64,000 nucleotides of DNA from a virus (taxonomy: Duplodnaviria; Caudoviricetes): IMG/VR virus record IMGVR_UViG_2898597404_000001, positions 10,614 to 74,613 of that record. One strand, 5' to 3'. Shown here piece by piece: positions 26,665-36,824 of this stretch. The notes beneath the pieces were generated by a model. It did no database searches, was not told the DNA's origin, and worked only from the letters and a program-made list of their open reading frames with translations. Within the stretch, counting starts at the first letter, position 1. Each line of letters begins with the position of its first letter. A program made the position numbers and the translations under genes.

Positions 26665-27453
26665 ATGACCATCCCGCCCCTCCCCCCGGCGCGCCCGCCG
26701 AGCGCCCTCCACCTCCGCGTCCCCACCCGCATCCTCGACCGCCTCGAAACCGCCACCGAGCAGCACCTCACCGACACCATCACCACGGCCCGCACCCCCG
26801 CCGACCTCCGCAACACCACCGGCACCGTCACCGCCACGATCACCCGCGCAGCCCAGGCCGCCCACCGCATCGGCGCCCTCATCGCCCGCACCATCACCCC
26901 GCCGCCCCGCGACCCCGAGCTGCCCAACCTCATCCCCGACAGCCCCAGCCCCGCCGACACCCTCCGCCTCCTCCAGGACCTCGCCATCCCCGACGCCGTC
27001 ACCCGCCTCCTCGACGACGCCGCCACCCGACTCGAACAGACCACCGCACCCGCCCGCGAACACCTCGAACGCACCGCCCGCCGCGTCTGGGGCTACGCCC
27101 TCACCACCATCCACACCGCCTCCAACCGGGGCGCCACCTGGTACGCCCGAGCCGCGGGCTACGACCTGCGCTGGCACACCCGCGAGGACGAGCGCGTCTG
27201 CCCCGTCTGCTCGCCCCTCAATGGCCGCACCGCCACCCCCGCCACCGCCTTCACCCTCCCGGCCGGCACCCGCACCTGGCCTGGCTTCACCGGCCTCCCG
27301 CCCGCGCACCCCCGCTGCCGCTGCTCCGTCACACCCGTCCGCCCCGCACCCCGCCCGAGAACCCCCAGCACCACCCACGGCACCACCCGGCCACCCGGCC
27401 GCCGCGCCCTCCTAGACCTGCTCAGACGCCGCAGGCGCCCGGCCACCGCATGA
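26665..27453 (+). CDS. MuF-like (Mu gpF) minor head protein
   Basis: WHTREDERVCPVCSPLNG...PPAHPRCRC. Confidence 0.8.
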   Translation: MTIPPLPPARPPSALHLRVPTRILDRLETATEQHLTDTITTARTPADLRNTTGTVTATITRAAQAAHRIGALIARTITPPPRDPELPNLIPDSPSPADTLRLLQDLAIPDAVTRLLDDAATRLEQTTAPAREHLERTARRVWGYALTTIHTASNRGATWYARAAGYDLRWHTREDERVCPVCSPLNGRTATPATAFTLPAGTRTWPGFTGLPPAHPRCRCSVTPVRPAPRPRTPSTTHGTTRPPGRRALLDLLRRRRRPATA

Positions 27454-27474
27454 CTCCGACGACGACCCCACCAG

Positions 27475-27513
27475 TTGCTATGTCCCGAAAGTTGGCCTAT
27501 AATGGAGACATAA
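27475..27513 (+). promoter_or_regulatory. promoter-operator box 5
   Basis: TTGCTA-N17-TATAAT-GGAGACATAA. Confidence 0.8.
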
Positions 27514-27544
27514 CGAAACATCCACACACACCAGGGAGAACCCC

Positions 27545-27766
27545 ATGGACGCCCACACCCTCTCCAACGCCATCTCCGCCATCGGCGCCGGAGGCTTCGC
27601 CGAGCTCACCCTCAAGAACGGCACCACCACCACCGGCCGGATCGTCTTCATCAACGCCATCTTCGACCGCTACGTGATCTTCCGCGCGAACGGCGCCGAA
27701 ACCAAGATCCCCTACGAGGACATCGACACCGCCACCAAGATCGCCCCCATCACCGAGACCGCCTGA
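27545..27766 (+). CDS. small beta-rich protein, Sm/SH3-like
   Basis: ELTLKNGTTTTGRIV...IPYEDI. Confidence 0.65.
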   Translation: MDAHTLSNAISAIGAGGFAELTLKNGTTTTGRIVFINAIFDRYVIFRANGAETKIPYEDIDTATKIAPITETA

Positions 27767-27830
27767 CCCGGACCGGCCCACGCGCCAACCCACCACATGC
27801 CAACCCACCGCCCGCGAAGGAGGGGACCGG

Positions 27831-28274
27831 ATGGGGACGTCCCAAGCGAAACGCGCCGAAGTCGCGGCCCGCCGCAACAAGGCGATCCAGCTCCGCCTGG
27901 CCGGAGTCGACTGGGACACCATCGCCGAGCAGCTCGGCTACCGGGGCGGACGCGGAGCCGCCTGCAAGGACGTCGCACGGGCCCTGCAGGAGCGCCGCGC
28001 CGACCTCGACAAGACCGCCGAGGAACTCCGCGCCGTCGAGGTCGCCCGCCTCGACCGCCTCCAGGCCGCCGCGTGGGGCCTCGCCGTCCAAGGCGAACCC
28101 GCCTCCCTGAACGCCGTGCTCCGCATCATCGACCGCCGCATCCGGCTCCTCGGCCTGGACGCCCCGCGCCGCACCGAGGTCACCGTCCAGCAGATCGACT
28201 CCAGGGACGCGGAACTGATCGAGATGATCAACGAGGCCCGCGCCGGAGGCGAACCCGGCCCCGGCGGCGGCTGA
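27831..28274 (+). CDS. terminase small subunit (HTH)
   Basis: A.QLRLAG...IAEQLGY, RLLGLDAP; precedes TerL. Confidence 0.8.
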   Translation: MGTSQAKRAEVAARRNKAIQLRLAGVDWDTIAEQLGYRGGRGAACKDVARALQERRADLDKTAEELRAVEVARLDRLQAAAWGLAVQGEPASLNAVLRIIDRRIRLLGLDAPRRTEVTVQQIDSRDAELIEMINEARAGGEPGPGGG

Positions 28275-29887
28275 TGGCGGCGGCCGCGCCCCCCGCCTTC
28301 ACCGCGGCCGCCGACGCCGACACCTACCTGCGCGGCCCGGACGGCGAACCCCTCGTCGGCGAGACCTTCAGTCTGCGCGACCACCTGGCCCAGGTGCTCG
28401 CGGCCCTGCCCGCGTCCTGGCCAGCCGCCGACCGGGAGCTGGCCACCCCCGACGCCCGCCGCGTCGTCACCAGGTACGACCCGCTCCTGTTCGCCTACAT
28501 CTACTGCCGCCACCTGCTCAAGGACGCCGAGGGCAACGTCACCTGGGCGGACACGCACCTGGAGTTCTGCCGCTACGCCCTCTCCTGGACCCGCCCCGCC
28601 GGCCTCCGCGAGCAGCGCCACGCCTTCGTCGCCCCCCGCGAGTCCGCCAAGTCCACGTGGCTGTTCAAGCTCCTGCCGCTCTGGGCCTCCGCCCACGGCC
28701 ACATCGAGTTCATCGCCGCCTTCTCGTCCTCCGGCACACAGGCCCACACCCACCTCGCCGGATACCGGAACGAGATCGACAACAACCAGCTCCTCCGCAC
28801 CGACTACCCGCTGCTCTGCTCACCCGGCCGCCGCCCGCGCGGAGCCGTCATCTCCGACTCCAGCGCGATGATGTACACCGCGTCCGGCTTCTCCTTCACC
28901 GCCCGCGGCCTGGACTCCTCGATCCTCGGCCTCGTCGACGTGCAGAACCGCCGCCCGCAGCTCCTCCTCCTCGACGACGTCGAGCCGGACGAGAGCAACT
29001 ACTCGCTGTACCAGATGGGCAAACGCCGCACGACGATCATGGACACGATTTTGCCGATGAACGAGCGCGCCCACGTCGTCCTCGTCGGCACCGTCACCAT
29101 GCCCGGCTCCGTCGTCCACCAGCTCGTCAAGACCGTCCTCGAACCCGACGCGGAAGAGCAGGCCGACTGGATCGCCGAGCAGAACTTCCAGTGCCACTAC
29201 TTCCCGCCCCTCGCCCACCGCCCCGACGGCACCCGCCGCTCCATCTGGCCCGACAAATGGCCCGTCTCCTACCTGGAGGGCATCGAGCACACGCGGAGCT
29301 ACCGAAAGAACTTCGCCAACGACCCCATGGCCCAGGACGGCGCCTACTGGAACGAGGACGACTTCACCTACAGCGATCCTCTCGCCACCACTCGTAAGAT
29401 CTTGAGCGTGGACGGTGCCGTCACCGACGACAGGTCCAGTGACTACACCGGTCTCGCAGTCGTCTCCTACAGCCCCACCGCCAAGCGGTGCTGGGTGGAA
29501 CGTGCCAGCATGGTCAAACTCCTCGCCGAGGACCTGCGCCGCTACGTCCTCACCTGGCTCGAAGACGACCCCGAGATCCGCGGCGTCCTGGTCGAGACCA
29601 ACCAGGGCGGCAAGATGTGGCTCGCGACCTTCCACCACTGCCCCGTCCCGGTGAAGACCGTCCACCAGAAGGCCCCCAAGCACGTCCGCGCCGCCTGGTC
29701 CCTGTCCCACTACCAGCGCGGCAAGGTCCACCACGCCGCACGCCTCCGCGACGCCGAGCACCAGATGATCGCCTACCCGCGCGGCGAACACGACGACCTG
29801 GTCGACGCCATCGGAACCGGGGTCCTCCACTTCCTCGGCCGCCCAGCCCGCCGCAAGGCCGGAGTGCGCCTTGAGAGCCCCACCTGA
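28274..29887 (+). CDS. terminase large subunit
   Basis: APRESAKST, LLLLDD, SVDGA...SDY, HDDLVDA. Confidence 0.92.
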   Translation: MAAAAPPAFTAAADADTYLRGPDGEPLVGETFSLRDHLAQVLAALPASWPAADRELATPDARRVVTRYDPLLFAYIYCRHLLKDAEGNVTWADTHLEFCRYALSWTRPAGLREQRHAFVAPRESAKSTWLFKLLPLWASAHGHIEFIAAFSSSGTQAHTHLAGYRNEIDNNQLLRTDYPLLCSPGRRPRGAVISDSSAMMYTASGFSFTARGLDSSILGLVDVQNRRPQLLLLDDVEPDESNYSLYQMGKRRTTIMDTILPMNERAHVVLVGTVTMPGSVVHQLVKTVLEPDAEEQADWIAEQNFQCHYFPPLAHRPDGTRRSIWPDKWPVSYLEGIEHTRSYRKNFANDPMAQDGAYWNEDDFTYSDPLATTRKILSVDGAVTDDRSSDYTGLAVVSYSPTAKRCWVERASMVKLLAEDLRRYVLTWLEDDPEIRGVLVETNQGGKMWLATFHHCPVPVKTVHQKAPKHVRAAWSLSHYQRGKVHHAARLRDAEHQMIAYPRGEHDDLVDAIGTGVLHFLGRPARRKAGVRLESPT

Positions 29888-29932
29888 CCACCGCCCGGGT
29901 CCACACCCGGGCCACCACCCCGCACGCGAAAA

Positions 29933-29955
29933 GGGGGCAACCCCAGGTTGCCCCC
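29933..29955. repeat. palindrome GGGGGCAACC-N3-GGTTGCCCCC, copy 2
   Basis: direct read. Confidence 0.85.
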
Positions 29956-29980
29956 CACCGGCCGCACAGGAGAGGCAGGC

Positions 29981-31417
29981 ATGGCAGGCACCACCGACCT
30001 CACGACAGGGCTGGAGCAGCTCGACAAGGCCCGCGCCGACTACGACGAAGCCGAGGACTTCTACGAGGGCAACGTCGACGAGATCTTCACGACCGCCAAG
30101 GTCCGCCGCCTCCTCGCCAAGGCCCGCCTCGACAAGCTCCGCGACCTGAACTTCGCCAAGACCCCCGTCGACAAGGTCGTCTCCCGCCTCAAGATCACCG
30201 GCCTCACCGCCCTCACCCCCGCAGGCGACCCCGACGAGGAAGCCCAAGCCGACCTCGAGGCCACCTGGAGGCGCAACAACCTCGGCGTCACCCTCCACGA
30301 CCTCATCCAGCACGTCTCCACCTACCGGGACGGCTACCTCTTCGTCTGGCCCTCCGACCCCGCCGACGACGAAGAGGCCGGCACCCCCGACACCACGGCC
30401 GGCACCGAAGACGCCTCCGCCGTCGACGTCCTCATCAACGACCCCCGCACCGTCACCGTCGTCTACTCGGAGGAGAACCCCGGCCACGCCCTCTACGCCG
30501 TCAAGAAGTGGTGCTCCGACCCCACCAAGGGCAGAGAGGTCCACCAGGCCCGCGTCTACTACCGCGACCGCATCGAGCGCTACCAGTCCGCCCCCGGCAG
30601 CAAGGGCGCCGACGCCGAGGACTGGACGAAGCAGGGCGACGACCTCGACAACCCCTACGGCAGACTCCCCGTCTTCCACCTCAACATCCCCCGCCCCGAG
30701 CACTACTGGGCGTACACGCCCCAACTGATCATCAACAAGATCGTGCTGATGCACCTGGCCACCGTCGACCACCTCTCCTTCAAACAGAGGTACGGCCTCC
30801 AGGACCCCCGCCTCGACGACATCTCCGGCGGCGCCGACTTCGACGAGGACCACCCCGACGACGACGACCCCGAGAACGAGGACAACGAGGTCCGCCTCCG
30901 CTCCGACCCCGGCGACTTCTGGCACCTCAAGGGCTACTCCGGCGTCGGCGAGTTCTCCGCCTCCGAACCCGGCAACTTCCTCGACCCCCTGAACTTCTAC
31001 ATCCGCTGCATGGCCCAGCTCACCGACACCCCCCTGCACTACTTCGACCCCACCGGGAACCTGCCGTCCGGCGAGTCCCTCAAGGTCGCCGACGCCCCCC
31101 TCACCGACAAGATCGACAACCGCAAGGAGCGCTACACCGCCCGGATCGAGGCCGCCGCCGAGTTCATCCTCCGCGTCCTCGGCCACGACGACGTCCGCGT
31201 GGTCGTCGACTGGGGCCCCTCCGGAACCGAGACCGAGACCCGCTCCTCCGTCGACCTCGAACTCGACCGCGCCAGCAAGGTCATCGCGATGCTCAACGAG
31301 CTCGCGGCCGCCGTGGTCGCCGAGATCATGACCCCGCAGGACGCCAAGGACATGATCAGCCGCCTCATGGACCTGGTCAGCGGAGACCAGGACGAGAAGA
31401 AAGGAATCGCCGCATGA
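29981..31417 (+). CDS. portal protein (SPP1 gp6-like)
   Basis: FYEG, NFAK..VD, NPYGRLPVFH, PSGESLK; follows TerL. Confidence 0.88.
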   Translation: MAGTTDLTTGLEQLDKARADYDEAEDFYEGNVDEIFTTAKVRRLLAKARLDKLRDLNFAKTPVDKVVSRLKITGLTALTPAGDPDEEAQADLEATWRRNNLGVTLHDLIQHVSTYRDGYLFVWPSDPADDEEAGTPDTTAGTEDASAVDVLINDPRTVTVVYSEENPGHALYAVKKWCSDPTKGREVHQARVYYRDRIERYQSAPGSKGADAEDWTKQGDDLDNPYGRLPVFHLNIPRPEHYWAYTPQLIINKIVLMHLATVDHLSFKQRYGLQDPRLDDISGGADFDEDHPDDDDPENEDNEVRLRSDPGDFWHLKGYSGVGEFSASEPGNFLDPLNFYIRCMAQLTDTPLHYFDPTGNLPSGESLKVADAPLTDKIDNRKERYTARIEAAAEFILRVLGHDDVRVVVDWGPSGTETETRSSVDLELDRASKVIAMLNELAAAVVAEIMTPQDAKDMISRLMDLVSGDQDEKKGIAA

Positions 31418-32313
31418 CCCCCCTACTGGACGACACCGGCCGGCCCGCGCTCGCCTCGGTCCGCTGGACGGCCACCCGCCAGGACGAGGACGGCCGCTGG
31501 TGGCACGCCTACACCGACGGAACCCGCCTCCCCGCCGTCCACGGCGCCGAGGGCGACGACGACGATGACGACGGCGGCAGCGGCGGCGGCAGCGGCGGCG
31601 GCAGCGGCGGCGGCGAGGACGACGAGGACGACGACGATGACGGCGGCGAGGACGACGACTACACCCCGCCGTCCCGAGAGGAATGGGAACGCGCCCAGCA
31701 GAAACTCAAGCGCGCCAACCGCGAGGCCGCCCGCCGCCGGAAGTGGCTCGACGACCACGGCATCGACCCCCACACCGGGCAGGCCCGGAAGGAGGACACC
31801 GGCGCCGACGACGACCAGGACGCCCCGAAGCCCAACGCGAAGAAGGCGGACACCGGCAAGGACGCCGACCCCGACGACGACACCGGCGGCTTCACCGAGG
31901 AGCAGGTGACCGCCCGCGTCCGCCGCGCCGTCGACCGCGCCACCGCCCGCACCGAACTGCGCTACAAGCTCCCCCTCGCCCGCTCCGCCGCCGAAGCCGC
32001 CCTCGCCCGCGCCAACTTCAACGGCAAGTCCCTGGACCGGGTCATGAAGCTCATCGACCTCGACGAGATCGACCTCGACGACGACGGCGAGATGATCGGC
32101 CTGGACGACCAGATCGAGCAGATCCGCGAGGACTTCCCCGAATGGTTCTCCCCGCGCCGCCGCCGCCGCGCCACCGACAACACCACCAGCGGCGGCGGGA
32201 ACGGTGCCCGCGCCGGGACCAAGGACGTCGGCGGCGCGAACAAGAAGCCCGACAAGGACGACAAGGCGAAGACCTGGAAGGAGACCCTCGCCGAGCGCAT
32301 GGGCAGTAGCTGA
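31414..32313 (+). CDS. capsid scaffolding protein
   Basis: acidic low complexity, ANREAARRR, DFPEWF; lies between portal and capsid. Confidence 0.8.
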   Translation: MTPLLDDTGRPALASVRWTATRQDEDGRWWHAYTDGTRLPAVHGAEGDDDDDDGGSGGGSGGGSGGGEDDEDDDDDGGEDDDYTPPSREEWERAQQKLKRANREAARRRKWLDDHGIDPHTGQARKEDTGADDDQDAPKPNAKKADTGKDADPDDDTGGFTEEQVTARVRRAVDRATARTELRYKLPLARSAAEAALARANFNGKSLDRVMKLIDLDEIDLDDDGEMIGLDDQIEQIREDFPEWFSPRRRRRATDNTTSGGGNGARAGTKDVGGANKKPDKDDKAKTWKETLAERMGSS

Positions 32314-32318
32314 CCGCC

Positions 32319-32352
32319 GGGCGGGCTCCGGGACACGACCCCGGAGCCCGCC
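32319..32352 (+). terminator. hairpin after scaffold gene
   Basis: gggcgggctccggg-N6-cccggagcccgccc. Confidence 0.5.
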
Positions 32353-32540
32353 CAGGTCATCGACCACCCGAGGGGCCGCGAGGTATCGTGACCGCGACGC
32401 GGACCCCTTGATCACGAAGGGGGGCCGCTGGCACGTCCGCGAGGATGACGGAGCGCCCGAGAGGGCAGGCGGGCCGAGAGGCCACCAGGAAGCCCGTGAG
32501 GGCACGCAAACCGTCCAGCGGGCAAGCCAGGAGGTCTCTC

Positions 32541-33635
32541 GTGTCCCGCATCCACGCATCCACGCGCCCGACGTGGGCCATCGACGACGACACCCCCGCC
32601 ACCCGCACACTCCTCCTCGGCCTCCGCTCCGACGGAACCCCCGTCTACGCCTGGGCCGGCTCGGCACCCGCCGACATCGACGACTGGATCCCGATCGAGT
32701 ACTCGTCGGATGTCTGGCAGCGGGTCATGCTGGAGTCCGCGATCCAGCGGTACGGTTCCCCGGTCCCGATGCGCTCCAAGACCAAGAGCGTCCCCCGGTC
32801 GGAGGGCCTCAAGGTCACCCCCGGCACCACCTACACCGACGACGACTCCGAGAACTCGAACTACATCCTCACCGCGCGCCGGTTCATCGCCCGCTTCACG
32901 GTCGACGAGGACGACCTCTCCGACGCCGAGAGCATCATCGACGTCATCACGTCCAAGGAGATGGACTGGGCGATCTCCTACTCGGACGTCTTCGACCACG
33001 CCTGCCTCGGCGTCACCGGGGCCGAGTCGAACACGCCCTCCGACCTGCGCCCCTTCACCAGCGTCTACAAGAGCCTCCGCACCGAGCAGTCGGCGAATCC
33101 GAACCTCGGCTACCCGGTCGACGACCACTACGTGGCCTGGAACGGCACGATCGGCATCGCCGCCGTCCCGGACGGCACCAGCCTGTACGAGAAGCTGTCG
33201 CAGACGTTCAAGAAGGTGGAGACCTCCAAGTACTGGAGTGAGGCCGACACCCGCGTCATCGCGCACCCCGGCTACCGGGACGCCCTCCGTCTCGCCACGG
33301 ACGGCAACGGCTCCCCGATCTTCCGCGAGTCCGCGGGGGTCGACTCCTCCGGCCGCCCGTTCGACACCCTGTTCAACACGCAGATCGCCTGGTCCCGTGG
33401 AGCCCGCACCCACGCGACGAACACCGACACCCCGACCGGCAACGACCTGCTGTTCGTCGGGAACCGGCGCGCGCTCAAGGTCGGCATCCGCAACACCGCG
33501 CAGACGCTCTTCCAGCCCGCCCGCGCGCAGGACGACACCGACGACGCCGCCGTGAAGTTCCGGGTGCGCCGCGGCTTCCAGCTCGCGCACCCCCGTGCCT
33601 TCGCGGTCATGGAACGCGTCCCCGCCGCGCCCTGA
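32541..33635 (+). CDS. major capsid protein (HK97 fold)
   Basis: WIPIEY, LRLATDGNGSPIF, FRVRRGFQLAHPRAFA; synteny. Confidence 0.88.
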   Translation: MSRIHASTRPTWAIDDDTPATRTLLLGLRSDGTPVYAWAGSAPADIDDWIPIEYSSDVWQRVMLESAIQRYGSPVPMRSKTKSVPRSEGLKVTPGTTYTDDDSENSNYILTARRFIARFTVDEDDLSDAESIIDVITSKEMDWAISYSDVFDHACLGVTGAESNTPSDLRPFTSVYKSLRTEQSANPNLGYPVDDHYVAWNGTIGIAAVPDGTSLYEKLSQTFKKVETSKYWSEADTRVIAHPGYRDALRLATDGNGSPIFRESAGVDSSGRPFDTLFNTQIAWSRGARTHATNTDTPTGNDLLFVGNRRALKVGIRNTAQTLFQPARAQDDTDDAAVKFRVRRGFQLAHPRAFAVMERVPAAP

Positions 33636-33756
33636 CGGACGCTGACGGCCGCTGACGGCCGCACTGGACGTCTGGCCAGGGGGGCGCCGACCGGGGGGCG
33701 GGGACCCCTGGCCAGACATGACCACACCAGCAGGCACCGACAGCGGGGGAGGGGGA

Positions 33757-34182
33757 ATGGCGAACTGGGCCACCGTCGACGACGTCGACACCTACACCGG
33801 CGTGACGGTCGAGGAACCCGACCTCGTCCGCGCCGAACTCCTCGTCGGCCTCTTCGCCGACGCCGACCCGGAAGACACCGACGCCGCGATCTCGAAGAAG
33901 AACCTGCGGCTCCTCCGCGCCGCCGTCGCCTACCAGGCCGCCTGGATGCAGCACCACCCCGACGTCTTCCTCAACCTCGACGCCACCTCGATCAGCCAGG
34001 ACGGCGTTTCGGTCGGCCACTCCCACGACAACGCAGGCATCCTCGCCCCGCTCGCGAAACGGTCCATCGACCGCCTCTCCTGGCGCCGCTCCCGCAGCCT
34101 CCGCACCCAGGACCAGCCACGCCGGTTCCCGAAGGATTCGGTGTTCTACGACGTCTTCGACCGGGGCTGGAGGGACCTGTGA
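33757..34182 (+). CDS. head-tail adaptor
   Basis: WATVDDV...AVAYQA...LAPLA; synteny. Confidence 0.7.
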   Translation: MANWATVDDVDTYTGVTVEEPDLVRAELLVGLFADADPEDTDAAISKKNLRLLRAAVAYQAAWMQHHPDVFLNLDATSISQDGVSVGHSHDNAGILAPLAKRSIDRLSWRRSRSLRTQDQPRRFPKDSVFYDVFDRGWRDL

Positions 34183-34514
34183 GGTCCCGCGCCACGACCA
34201 CGGTCAGCATCCTCCGCACCCCGCCCGGCACCGTCGACGCCTACGGCGACCCCGTCGACACCGACACCCCGATCGCGACCCGCATCCCCGCCTCGATCAT
34301 CCTCCGCACCGTCCGCCAGTACCTCCCCGACGAGCACCGCACCACCACCGTCGAGACCCACACCGGCCGCCTCCGCGCCGACATCGACGTCCAGCCCGAC
34401 GACCGCCTGAAAGACGAACGCACCGGAACGATCTACAGCATCGAGAACATCGCCCGCCCCCAGTCCTACGCGGGCCTCCCAGACCTCCACCTCGACCTCA
34501 AGCGAACCACCTGA
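34179..34514 (+). CDS. head closure/stopper protein
   Basis: DAYGDP motif; synteny. Confidence 0.7.
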   Translation: MRSRATTTVSILRTPPGTVDAYGDPVDTDTPIATRIPASIILRTVRQYLPDEHRTTTVETHTGRLRADIDVQPDDRLKDERTGTIYSIENIARPQSYAGLPDLHLDLKRTT

Positions 34515-34569
34515 ACCCCCGGTCAACGGGGGGACCGACCCGACAGGTCCGCCGTCAAGGAGACCTCCA

Positions 34570-34935
34570 GTGCCCTACGTCCGCGTCACCATGACACCGG
34601 GCTGGCAGCGCCTCATCCGCCCCGCGCTCCGCCGCACCGAGAACGAGCTCGCCGAAGCCGTCGCACGCGACGCCCGCGGCCTCGTCGGCGTCGACTCCGG
34701 GGACCTCAAGCGCACCATCAAGGCACGCGGCAACCGCGTCTACGTCGGCACCTCCTACTGGCACCACCACGAGTACGGCACCCGCCCGCACCTGATCCTG
34801 CCCCGCCACAAGCAGGCGCTCTACTGGCCCGGAGCCCGGCACCCCGTCGCCCGCGTCCACCACCCCGGCACCGCCCCGAACCCCTTCCTGCGGACCGCGC
34901 TCCGCCGCCGCCGCAACCCCAGGGACCGGCGCTGA
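34570..34935 (+). CDS. HK97 gp10-like neck protein
   Basis: VDSGDLKRTI, EYGT, PNPFLR.AL. Confidence 0.8.
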   Translation: MPYVRVTMTPGWQRLIRPALRRTENELAEAVARDARGLVGVDSGDLKRTIKARGNRVYVGTSYWHHHEYGTRPHLILPRHKQALYWPGARHPVARVHHPGTAPNPFLRTALRRRRNPRDRR

Positions 34936-35390
34936 TGGCCGAGCCCCCGAGCAGCGAGATCGTCGCCGTCGCCTGGCTCCGCACCCTGCCCGGCATCCCC
35001 CCGAACGGCGTCGCCACCACCCTCCCCGGCGACACCTCCACCTGGCACGACACCGGGTTCGTCACCGTCCACCTCACCGGAGGCGACCCCGGCCTCCACG
35101 TCCCGCAGCGCGCCCCGGTCCTGCAGCTCGACTGCTGGGCCGCCAACCCCAACAGCCAGAAGCCCCCCTGGGGCCGCGCCAACGCCCTCGCCGAACGCAT
35201 CGTCGACGCCTGCCGCCCCGCACAGCAGCGCCGGCTCATGGGCCGGATCGCCCTCCCGGCCCCGTACCAGGACGCCCGCGTGCAGACCGCGAACGTCGAG
35301 ACCGAGCCCCGCCGCGTCTACCCCGACGAGGCCCGCTTCGCCGACTACATGCTCGAACTCGCCCTCTACTGGGTCCCGGTGGCCGCATGA
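34935..35390 (+). CDS. tail terminator
   Basis: P.LQLDCWA; synteny. Confidence 0.7.
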   Translation: MAEPPSSEIVAVAWLRTLPGIPPNGVATTLPGDTSTWHDTGFVTVHLTGGDPGLHVPQRAPVLQLDCWAANPNSQKPPWGRANALAERIVDACRPAQQRRLMGRIALPAPYQDARVQTANVETEPRRVYPDEARFADYMLELALYWVPVAA

Positions 35391-35593
35391 CCGGCCAGCT
35401 GTACGGGCTGTGGGGCGAGCGCTCCGGCTGCCTCCTCACCTGGCGGGGCCGCGTCATCACCCACACGTCCCGCGCCGAGCTGGAGTACCTCTACCCGGAC
35501 ACCCGGATCGTCCCCGTCCCGCGCGGCATCCGCCCCGACGAGCACGTCCCCCTCCAGTACGTCCCCACCCGCCCATCAGGGAGGCCCGCATGA
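35387..35593 (+). CDS. small hypothetical protein
   Basis: coupled ORF. Confidence 0.55.
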   Translation: MTGQLYGLWGERSGCLLTWRGRVITHTSRAELEYLYPDTRIVPVPRGIRPDEHVPLQYVPTRPSGRPA

Positions 35594-35790
35594 CCCGCCA
35601 CAAGGTCCGCACCACCATGAACCCGGCCGAGGAGATCGAGGTGTCGCAGCACGAGTACGACGACCTCTACCGCCAGGGCCTCATCGCCCCCGACAAGCCC
35701 GCCGACAAGCCCGCCGACAAGCCCGCGGACCCGTCGTCCGGGACGGGCGGCAGGAGCAAGCCCAAGACCGCCGAGCAGAGCAAGGAGTAG
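35590..35790 (+). CDS. small hypothetical protein
   Basis: coupled ORF with RBS ggagg. Confidence 0.65.
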   Translation: MTRHKVRTTMNPAEEIEVSQHEYDDLYRQGLIAPDKPADKPADKPADPSSGTGGRSKPKTAEQSKE

Positions 35791-35796
35791 CCGACC

Positions 35797-36381
35797 ATGC
35801 CGGTCACCGTCACCAACCTCATCCAGGGCCCCGCCGACCTGTACCGGGGCGACTTCGGCGCAGCCGAACCCACCGAAGCCGACATCAGCATGGACGTCGA
35901 GGACACCACCGTCGCCGCGAGCTGGACCGACCTCGGCGGCACCCAGGACGGCGTCACCCTCACCCTCGAACAGGAATACGCCGAGCTGGAAGTGGACCAG
36001 ATCGTCGACGTCCCCGAGTCCCGCCTCACCAAGCGCGTCTTCACGATCAAGACGAACTTCGCCGAACCCACCCTGGAGAACTTCAAGGTCGCCGCCAACG
36101 GCGGCACCATCACCGCCGGGGCCACCAGCAAGAAGTACACCCCCGCCATGGACAACAGCGCCGTCTCACCCGACTACAGCGCGCTCCTGTTCGACGGCAT
36201 CGCCCCCGCGAGCCTGCGCCGCCGCGTCATCGCCCGCAAGGTCCTCAACACCGCGGCGGTGGAGCAGCCCGCCCAGAAGGACGGTCAGACCCTGTTCCCC
36301 GTCGAACTCAAGGGCCACTACGTCTCCAAGAGCATCCCGCCGTTCGACTACACCGACGAGCTGCCCCCCGTCGCACCCTGA
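35797..36381 (+). CDS. major tail (tube) protein
   Basis: GPA.LY.G.FG..EP, WTDLGGT.DGV, EPTLEN. Confidence 0.85.
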   Translation: MPVTVTNLIQGPADLYRGDFGAAEPTEADISMDVEDTTVAASWTDLGGTQDGVTLTLEQEYAELEVDQIVDVPESRLTKRVFTIKTNFAEPTLENFKVAANGGTITAGATSKKYTPAMDNSAVSPDYSALLFDGIAPASLRRRVIARKVLNTAAVEQPAQKDGQTLFPVELKGHYVSKSIPPFDYTDELPPVAP

Positions 36382-36437
36382 CCCCCGCTCGCCTGTAGCG
36401 GCCCGTCAACGGCCGCCCCCACCCGCCAGGAGACCCC

Positions 36438-36824
36438 GTGTCGGTAGACGACATCGACCTCGCAGACATCCCCCGCATCCCCGAACCCACCGAACCGGCC
36501 AAGATCGAGATGGTCCCGCTCTTCGTGATGGGCGACGACGTCTACGAGATGCCGAAGAAGCCCCCCGCCGGCCTCGCCCTGGAGTACCTGGAGAAGCAGG
36601 TCGAGGACGGCCCCGACGCCGCCGCCATGTGGGTCATGGTCGAGGTCCTCGGCGAAGAGGTCTACACGATGCTCAAGGACCACCCGTCCCTCGACTTCGA
36701 CCAGTTCAACGACATCTTCGAGCGCCTGGAGAAGAACCTCCTGGGGGGAAAGGGCCAGAAGGCGAACCGGGCCCAGCGTGGCGTACGCCGTCGGCCCGCC
36801 TCCAAGAAACCGCGTGGGTCCTGA
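36438..36824 (+). CDS. tail assembly chaperone (gpG-like)
   Basis: between tail tube and TMP; slippery G GGA AAG at 36746-36752. Confidence 0.8.
   Translation: MSVDDIDLADIPRIPEPTEPAKIEMVPLFVMGDDVYEMPKKPPAGLALEYLEKQVEDGPDAAAMWVMVEVLGEEVYTMLKDHPSLDFDQFNDIFERLEKNLLGGKGQKANRAQRGVRRRPASKKPRGS

Noticed and set aside
31551-31660. GAC/GGC/AGC microrepeats
   Set aside because: They encode the Asp/Gly/Ser linker of the scaffold protein.
33632-33662. Three 10-bp repeats (ctgacggmcg) after the capsid gene
   Set aside because: Too short and isolated to assign a function.
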